Shown here piece after piece: positions 57,731-64,000 of a stretch of DNA of 64,000 nucleotides (its first letter is position 1; every line of letters begins with the position of its first letter). The position numbers and the translations under genes were made by a program. The stretch is from assembly GCA_000432855.1 (NCBI GenBank), contig HF990868.1, positions 84,534 to 148,533 of the forward strand. Reading direction: 5' to 3'. The stretch comes from Firmicutes bacterium CAG:822 (GTDB lineage Bacteria > Bacillota_I > Bacilli_A > RF39 > UBA660). The notes below the pieces were generated by a model that was not told the origin of the DNA, did not search any database, and was given only the letters and a program-made list of their open reading frames with translations.

Positions 57731-58829
57731 ATGGAACTAAAAGAAACTATAAATTTATATGAAAAATATTTAGATAAACTGCAAGATTTATGGAGGTCAC
57801 TTTGACCCCGAAAGCAAGCAAGCAAAGATAAAAGAATTAGAAAATGAAATGTCAGCCCCCAATTTCTGGGATGATACAAGACACAGCGAAGAAGTAATTT
57901 CTTTATTAAATAGTGAAAAAAAAGTTCTAAACGATGTTAAAAACCTATTAGATGAAGCGACAGATTATTTAGAAATGGCAAAAGCTTTAGAAAATGACGA
58001 TGAAGAAAGTTTAACGTGGCTTGAAGAAGAAAGTAAAACTCTTGAACCAAAAATCGATGAAGTTGAAACAATGATACTTCTAAGTGGTGAGTATGATAAA
58101 AACGATGCGGTCTTAGAAATCCATTCGGGTGCTGGTGGTACCGAAGCATGCGATTGGGCTAATATGCTTTATCGAATGTATTCAAGATATGCTGAAAAGA
58201 AAAACTACAAACTAGAAGTTGTCGATGAACAACCTGGCCTAGAAGCCGGTATTAAAAGTATTACGGTTATTGTTAAAGGATTGTATGCCTATGGATATTT
58301 AAAAAATGAAAAAGGAATTCATCGTTTAGTAAGAATTTCTCCATTTGATTCAGGTGCAAGAAGACATACTTCATTTGCCTCAGTAGGTGTTACTCCGGTC
58401 ATCGATGATACAGTTAAAGTAGATATCAACGAAAAAGATTTAAAAATCGACGTTTTCCACAGTAGTGGAGCTGGTGGACAAAGCGTCAACACCACTGATA
58501 GTGCTGTTAGAATCACCCATTTACCAACAGGTATTGTCGTAACTTGTCAAAACGAAAGAAGTCAAGTTCAAAATAAAGCAAAAGCCATGCAGATTTTAAA
58601 AAGTAAGTTATATGAAATAGAAGAAGAAAACAAGAAAAAAGAATTACAACAGTTAAAGGGTGAACAAAGAGATATCAATTTTGGCTCCCAAATTAGAAGT
58701 TATGTTATGCATCCATATTCATTAGTTAAAGATCATCGAACCAATTGTGAGGAAACTAATGTAAATAAAGTAATGGATGGCGATTTAGATAAATTTATCA
58801 ATGCTAATTTAAGGAGGAATGCCGGATGA
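57731..58829 (+). CDS. prfB: peptide chain release factor 2, with programmed +1 ribosomal frameshift at CTT TGA C (57800-57806)
   Basis: ORF0 MELKETINLYEKYLDKLQDLWRSL + internal SD GGAGG (57792-96) + CUU UGA C. The +1 frame continues DPESKQAK..SPGQ-type RF2 body (GGQ motif SGAGGQSVN). Confidence 0.9.
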
Positions 58830-59713
58830 TATTTGCTAAAAAAAAGCAAATAGATAATAACAATCTTTTAAAAGAAATTACTGGTAGTAAAAAAATAAAG
58901 CGTTATGTTATGTTTTTCATTGGTGTATTTTTATCAGCTTTTGCTTTTAATGTTTTTTTAAAACCCTGTAATTTGACTTTTGGTTTAAGTGGTCTTTCAA
59001 TTATTACTGAAAAATTTTTTAACATCGATCCATCACTAGTAATCTTAATTGGTAATGTTCTTTTACTAATTGCGAGTTTCGTGTTTCTAGGCATGGAAAA
59101 GACCAAATCAACAGTTTTAGGTTCTATTTTGTACCCAGTTTTAGTCAAAGTTACTGAAGTTTTCCCAGAATACATTAATCTGGGTGATACTGAGACTATC
59201 GTTATTGCTCTTTGTGGCGCACTTATAAGTGGTGTTGGTACCGGTCTAGTTTTTAAAAATAACTTTACAACTGGTGGTACTGATGTTTTAAAACAAATTT
59301 TATCTCAATATGGGAAAATGCCATATAGTAAAGCTAATCTATATTCTGAGGGTCTAATTATGGCTGCTGGTGGCGTCTTCTTTGGGTGGCAATCATTTAT
59401 ATATTCAATAATAACTTTATACTCATCAGGCATTATTAGTGATAGAGTAATATTAGGTATTTCAGAATATAAGACATTAGAAATAATTACTACCGAAGAA
59501 AAAGCTATTAAAGACTTTATTATGGAAACTTTAAATCACGGTGTTACCGAAATAGATGCCCAAGGTGGTTATACAAATAAAAGAAAAAAAGTCTTATTGT
59601 GTGCCATTCCAACCAGAGAATACTTTGTGGCCACCGAAGCCATAAAAAAACTAGACCCCGAAGCTTTCGTTATTGTTATAGATACTTATGAAATACAAGG
59701 ACATAAAGCCTAA
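58826..59713 (+). CDS. YitT-family membrane protein (DUF161 + C-terminal DUF2179)
   Basis: 5 TM helices, Gly-rich GTGLVFKNNFTTGGTDV, C-terminal soluble domain; 295 aa. Confidence 0.65.
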   Translation: MIFAKKKQIDNNNLLKEITGSKKIKRYVMFFIGVFLSAFAFNVFLKPCNLTFGLSGLSIITEKFFNIDPSLVILIGNVLLLIASFVFLGMEKTKSTVLGSILYPVLVKVTEVFPEYINLGDTETIVIALCGALISGVGTGLVFKNNFTTGGTDVLKQILSQYGKMPYSKANLYSEGLIMAAGGVFFGWQSFIYSIITLYSSGIISDRVILGISEYKTLEIITTEEKAIKDFIMETLNHGVTEIDAQGGYTNKRKKVLLCAIPTREYFVATEAIKKLDPEAFVIVIDTYEIQGHKA

Positions 59714-59734
59714 TTAGTAGAAAGAAGTGATATA

Positions 59735-60430
59735 GTGGATTTAATCAGGATGACAAATGTAAAAAAAACCTACAAAACCGGTGTTACGGCTATTCAAGAT
59801 TTAAATCTTAGAATAGCTAAAGGTGATTTTGTCTTTATAATTGGTTCTACCGGTTGTGGTAAAAGTACTTTGATCAAGATGCTTTATCGTGAAGAAAAGC
59901 CGACATCTGGTCAAATAATTGTCGGAGGAATTGATGTTGGTAAACTAAGAAACGGTAAAGTTTATAAAATTAGAAGAAAAATAGGTGTTGTTTTCCAAGA
60001 CTATAAATTATTACCTAAATCAACAGTTTATGAAAACGTCGCTTTTGCTCTTGAAATATTTGGTTTACCTAAAGATGAAATTCATGCCAAGGTTCTTAAA
60101 GTTTTGGAACTAGTTGGCCTTAAAAATAAAATAAAAAACTACCCATCACAACTATCTGGTGGAGAACAACAACGTGTTGCTATTGCTAGGGCTATTGTTA
60201 ATGGTCCAAAATTATTAATATGTGACGAACCAACTGGAAACTTAGACCCATCAACGGGTATGGAAATTATGGAAGTTTTAGAAGAAATTAATAAATTAGG
60301 CACAACAATTATTATGGTTACTCACGATATTAATATCGTAAAAAAAATGAACAAAAGAGTTATTGTATTAGATTCAGGCAGAGTATTAAAAGATTATGAG
60401 AAAGGAACTTATAGCAATGAAAACATTTAG
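59735..60430 (+). CDS. ftsE: cell division ATP-binding protein FtsE
   Basis: GSTGCGKST Walker [15 protein letters not shown] signature, Walker [13 protein letters not shown]; followed by ftsX. Confidence 0.88.
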   Translation: MDLIRMTNVKKTYKTGVTAIQDLNLRIAKGDFVFIIGSTGCGKSTLIKMLYREEKPTSGQIIVGGIDVGKLRNGKVYKIRRKIGVVFQDYKLLPKSTVYENVAFALEIFGLPKDEIHAKVLKVLELVGLKNKIKNYPSQLSGGEQQRVAIARAIVNGPKLLICDEPTGNLDPSTGMEIMEVLEEINKLGTTIIMVTHDINIVKKMNKRVIVLDSGRVLKDYEKGTYSNENI

Positions 60431-61316
60431 AATTATTGGAAGAAACTTCCGTGATGCCTTTAAAGGTGTCTTTAGAAACTTTTCATTATCCTTTGCCTCT
60501 ATCTCTTGTATAACCATAACCCTAATTGTTGTTGCTGTTTCTATGGTTCTTTCTAATAACGTCGATAATTTTACTCAACTAGTTGAAAGGGACGTTACAA
60601 TTGTTGCTTTCATCGATAATGAATACAATGATGAGCAAATCGATGAAATTAAAGATAAAATAAGTGTTATTGATAATGTTGATACTTATGAATTCCGTTC
60701 AAAACAAGATATCACCACTGACATGCGTGATTCATCTGAAGTCTTCGATAGTATTATGAAAAACTGGACTGATGAAGAAAATCCAATTCAAAACACCTTC
60801 CAAGTTAAAGTTAAAGACATTGACAAAATAGATAATGTAGCTAAAGAAATAGAAAATATCGATGGTATAACCTTAGTCAAATATGGTGAAGGTATGGTTG
60901 AACAATTAATCTCTACATTTGATTTTGTTCATAAAATCTGTATTGGTGCCGTTATTGCCCTAATTTTAGTTACTGCATTCTTAATTTCTAATACTATTAA
61001 AATTACTATCAATTCTCGTCAAAGGGAAATTGGTATCATGAGATTAATTGGTGCATCTAACCTAAATATTAGAATTCCATTTATCATTGAAGGTCTACTT
61101 CTAGGTGCTTTAGGTTCTATAATTCCAATTCTTACAACCGTTTATGGATATAATGCATTATATAGACATTTTGATGGACATCTATTCTCACAATTTATTA
61201 AATTGATTGAACCTGTCCCATTTGTCTATACTACTTCTTTGATTCTTCTAGGAATTGGTATCCTAGTTGGTATGTTTGGTTCATGGCGAGCAGTAAGAAA
61301 ATACTTAAAAATTTAA
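60417..61316 (+). CDS. ftsX: cell division permease FtsX
   Basis: MKTFRIIGRNFRDAFKGVFRN matches the FtsX N-terminus. 4 TM helices with a large extracellular loop; overlaps ftsE by 14 nt. Confidence 0.85.
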   Translation: MKTFRIIGRNFRDAFKGVFRNFSLSFASISCITITLIVVAVSMVLSNNVDNFTQLVERDVTIVAFIDNEYNDEQIDEIKDKISVIDNVDTYEFRSKQDITTDMRDSSEVFDSIMKNWTDEENPIQNTFQVKVKDIDKIDNVAKEIENIDGITLVKYGEGMVEQLISTFDFVHKICIGAVIALILVTAFLISNTIKITINSRQREIGIMRLIGASNLNIRIPFIIEGLLLGALGSIIPILTTVYGYNALYRHFDGHLFSQFIKLIEPVPFVYTTSLILLGIGILVGMFGSWRAVRKYLKI

Positions 61317-61321
61317 TTTAC

Positions 61322-61348
61322 AAACTCTGGTTCATTTCAGAGTTTTTT
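61322..61348 (+). terminator. rho-independent terminator of ftsEX
   Basis: AAACTCTG-gttcattt-CAGAGTTT followed by a T run. Confidence 0.6.
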
Positions 61349-61401
61349 CTATACTTTATGAAAATATTGTGATATGATTAAAGTAGAGAGTAGGGGTTAA
61401 A

Positions 61402-63918
61402 ATGATTGAATTTAAAAATGTCAGTAAAATCTATAAAACTAAAAAAGGAGTAGAAACTAAAGCCTTAAATAATATCAATCTGAAAATTGGTAATAAAGGC
61501 CTAGTTTTTATAGTAGGTAAATCTGGTAGTGGTAAATCAACTATGTTAAACTTACTAGGTGGACTAGATAATATAACAAGCGGTAAACTATTCATAAATA
61601 ATAAAGACATAAGTAAATTTAAAAACAAACAGTATGATGCATATAGAAATACTTATGTGGGTTTTATATTTCAAGAATTCAATATTTTAGAAAATTATAA
61701 TGTTTATGAAAACATTGAACTAGCTCTAAGACTTCAAAACAAAAAATCATCTAAAGAAGAAATTGATAATTTATTAAAAAAACTTGGACTAGAAAATTTA
61801 GATCAAAGAAAAATAAATGAACTATCAGGAGGACAAAAACAAAGAGTAGCTATCGCTAGAGCCCTAATCAAAAACCCTGAAATAATTTTAGCTGATGAAC
61901 CAACTGGAAACCTCGACCAAACATCTAGTAAACAAATCTTTGATTTATTAAAAGAAATATCTAAAGAAAAACTAGTTATAGTCGTATCTCATGACATGGA
62001 ATCCGCAAAAAACTATGCCGATAGAATAATCGAAATATCAGATGGAAATATTATAAATGATACCAATCCAGAAATAGACATAACTGAAGAAAAATTCAAT
62101 CTAAAAAAATCTAAACTACCATTTTCTTATAGTATTAAAATGGCTTTAAGAGGCTTAACTATAAAACCATTCAAATTATTTATGACATGTGTTTTAACCG
62201 CCATGGCTTTAATATTCATGGGTTTTACCATTAACTGTTATTTATTTAATGAACCAGAATTTATAGCTAAAACATTAAATGATAATAATAGACATGTCTA
62301 TAGTATATCTAAAACAAAATTCGATGGTGATGGAGACTCTTTTGCTACACCTCTCACAGATAAAGATGTCAAAAAAATAGAAAAGATAACTGGTTCTACA
62401 GTAAGTAAAGGATATCACTTACAGAATAATGAATATCTTTTAGAATTTGAATTTGGAGAAGTAAATCCAGATAATAGACCTGATTATTATATCAGTTATC
62501 CATATATAGATAACTTTATAGAATTAGAAGATGATAGAATTCCAGGAAAAGTTATTGGTAATCTTCCAAAAACCGATAGAGAGCTTGTAATTCATAAATA
62601 CCTAGCCGAATACATTATAAAATATGGTGTTGTTGATAGTGAAAATAATCTATATAAACCATCCAGTATCGAAGATTTAATAAATTCAAAACATGAATTA
62701 AAATTAGGTGAAAACGCTGTAACTATAAGTGGTGTTGTCGATGATAATAATACCCCGCTTGAAAAGTACAAAGATGGTTCTAGTATTTATGATTTTGATT
62801 TAAGAACCTTTTATAGTGATATATATGTCGCCGCTTCAAGTAATGTTTATGTAAAAGGTTTTACTAAAACTGTAAAATTAAATAATACTGCCATTAATCT
62901 TTTAGATGGAATATATATAGAAAAAGTAATTGATAAAAAAAATGAATACGATCAGTGGAATGGCGAAAGCGGTTTTAAAAATATTAAAGATAATGCCAAA
63001 GAAGTAATAACTAAAGATGGATTAAAGGTTATAAACACCTTAGCTAAAAATGAAGTGGTTTTATCTATAAAAGCCATGCAGAAAATGGACTCTAATTATG
63101 AACAAGGACTAGCACATTATCTTAAACAAAATATGAATACCTCTTATAATATGGCTGTTCAAACATATACTCAAAATTATATGCAAACAGAAAATTTTGA
63201 TAATATAAAAGTCAAATTATATGATAACCGTGAAGGAATAGATGAAACTAGAGATGTTAAAATCATCGGCATCATCATCGATGAAAATTCTTATATTAGT
63301 AATGACTATGCGGAAGAATATGATATTCAAGTAAAATATTTAAATAGTCTATTTATTTATGATGATGATCTAAATCATCTAATAAAAATGTTTAAAAACT
63401 TTAAATACGATAATGGATTAAATATGACCCATGAAGGAGTAGAGTACACCTACAATGTTTATGGTGTAAGTGCAAACAATCTTAATGAAATCATTAGTAC
63501 GTATATAGTTTTAAAAAATTATATTTTAATAGTAAGCCTAGTTTTCACAATCTTTGCTATCTTACTATTCTCAAACTTTATTGGTGTATCAATCTCATAT
63601 TCTAAAAAAGAAATCGGAATATTAAGAGCCTTAGGAGCTAGAAATAAAGACACCTTAAAAATATTTGCTTATGAAGCTCTAATTATTGGAATTATATCTT
63701 GGATTATATCAATAATTGGTTGGAATTACACTTGTGATTTATTAAATAAAAGTATGTTTGGTAACGCATATTATATTTTAAATGGCTTTGTTAAAAGTTC
63801 ACTAATACCTGTTGGAATGTTTATTTTCACCATAATCATATCAGTAATTATAACCGCAATTGCTATTAGAAAAACAAATAAAATAAAACCAATAGATGCT
63901 ATATTAAATAAAAGGTAG
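61402..63918 (+). CDS. ABC transporter, fused ATP-binding and FtsX/MacB-like permease
   Basis: N-terminal ABC ATPase ([32 protein letters not shown]) and C-terminal FtsX-type permease with a large extracytoplasmic domain; 838 aa. Confidence 0.8.
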   Translation: MIEFKNVSKIYKTKKGVETKALNNINLKIGNKGLVFIVGKSGSGKSTMLNLLGGLDNITSGKLFINNKDISKFKNKQYDAYRNTYVGFIFQEFNILENYNVYENIELALRLQNKKSSKEEIDNLLKKLGLENLDQRKINELSGGQKQRVAIARALIKNPEIILADEPTGNLDQTSSKQIFDLLKEISKEKLVIVVSHDMESAKNYADRIIEISDGNIINDTNPEIDITEEKFNLKKSKLPFSYSIKMALRGLTIKPFKLFMTCVLTAMALIFMGFTINCYLFNEPEFIAKTLNDNNRHVYSISKTKFDGDGDSFATPLTDKDVKKIEKITGSTVSKGYHLQNNEYLLEFEFGEVNPDNRPDYYISYPYIDNFIELEDDRIPGKVIGNLPKTDRELVIHKYLAEYIIKYGVVDSENNLYKPSSIEDLINSKHELKLGENAVTISGVVDDNNTPLEKYKDGSSIYDFDLRTFYSDIYVAASSNVYVKGFTKTVKLNNTAINLLDGIYIEKVIDKKNEYDQWNGESGFKNIKDNAKEVITKDGLKVINTLAKNEVVLSIKAMQKMDSNYEQGLAHYLKQNMNTSYNMAVQTYTQNYMQTENFDNIKVKLYDNREGIDETRDVKIIGIIIDENSYISNDYAEEYDIQVKYLNSLFIYDDDLNHLIKMFKNFKYDNGLNMTHEGVEYTYNVYGVSANNLNEIISTYIVLKNYILIVSLVFTIFAILLFSNFIGVSISYSKKEIGILRALGARNKDTLKIFAYEALIIGIISWIISIIGWNYTCDLLNKSMFGNAYYILNGFVKSSLIPVGMFIFTIIISVIITAIAIRKTNKIKPIDAILNKR

Positions 63919-63927
63919 GAATTAAAA

Positions 63928-64000
63928 TGATAGAGTTTAAAAATGTCAGTAAAATCTATAAAACAAAAAAAGGTGTAGAAACCAAAGCCCTAAACAATAT
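63928..64000 (+). CDS. ABC transporter ATPase/permease paralog (5' end only, runs off window)
   Basis: [24 protein letters not shown] is nearly identical to the N-terminus of 61402..63918. Confidence 0.6.

Noticed and set aside
1-64000. CRISPR arrays, rRNA genes, additional tRNAs, complete prophage
   Set aside because: No regularly spaced short direct repeats, no rRNA-like conserved blocks and no further tRNA-like cloverleaf segments were recognised by eye. The mobile DNA present is a short intervening element and decayed remnants, not a complete phage (no capsid, tail or terminase genes).

Overview
This window is low-GC (about 30%) chromosomal DNA that uses the standard bacterial genetic code; TGA is used as a stop for ruvX, DUF1292 and other genes. 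Gene content and order point to an endospore-forming Bacillota organism. The Bacillus-like ruvX–DUF1292 (yrzB)–mltG–yrrM–U32 peptidase (yrrN/yrrO)–greA block is present, followed by rny. Also present are dnaD–nth/ponA–recU, engB/der, hup, cca, nrdD/nrdG, prfB (with its programmed +1 frameshift), ftsE/ftsX, and the sporulation genes spoIVA, a spoVIF-like gene and yunB.

The main result is that spoIVA is split in two by an ~8.5 kb intervening element, coordinates 18677–27189. A large serine recombinase gene sits at the right end of the element and reads across the right junction. The element also carries a small serine invertase/resolvase, a KAP-family P-loop NTPase, an XRE regulator, a zinc-ribbon/DUF4352-like membrane protein and a possible HUH-motif protein. 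This is a skin-like, developmentally excised element inserted in a gene not classically known to carry one.

Second, the anaerobic ribonucleotide reductase gene nrdD stops at a TAG immediately before its glycyl-radical domain. That domain is encoded as a separate 55-codon ORF in the same frame, with its own Shine-Dalgarno sequence (SD) and ATG, and its stop overlaps the nrdG start.

Third, the left ~12 kb of the window is a decayed accessory region next to a tRNA-Ala(TGC) gene. It contains an integrase N-terminal fragment, an orphan LytTR response regulator, a partial copy of the tRNA 3' end plus its terminator (57-bp direct repeats), a duplicated small gene with its promoter, a frameshifted ORF in an ASCH-containing operon, and degenerate ORF remnants.

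Smaller observations are a zinc-ribbon/TPR gene with an in-frame TGA, a ~50-bp intergenic motif present twice, and a candidate small hydrophobic ORF with an RBS-sequestering hairpin. A minus-strand gene appears to start at positions 3–5 (GGAGG ribosome-binding site, RBS, at 11–15) and runs out of the window. The last feature (63928–64000) is the truncated start of a second ABC-transporter paralog.
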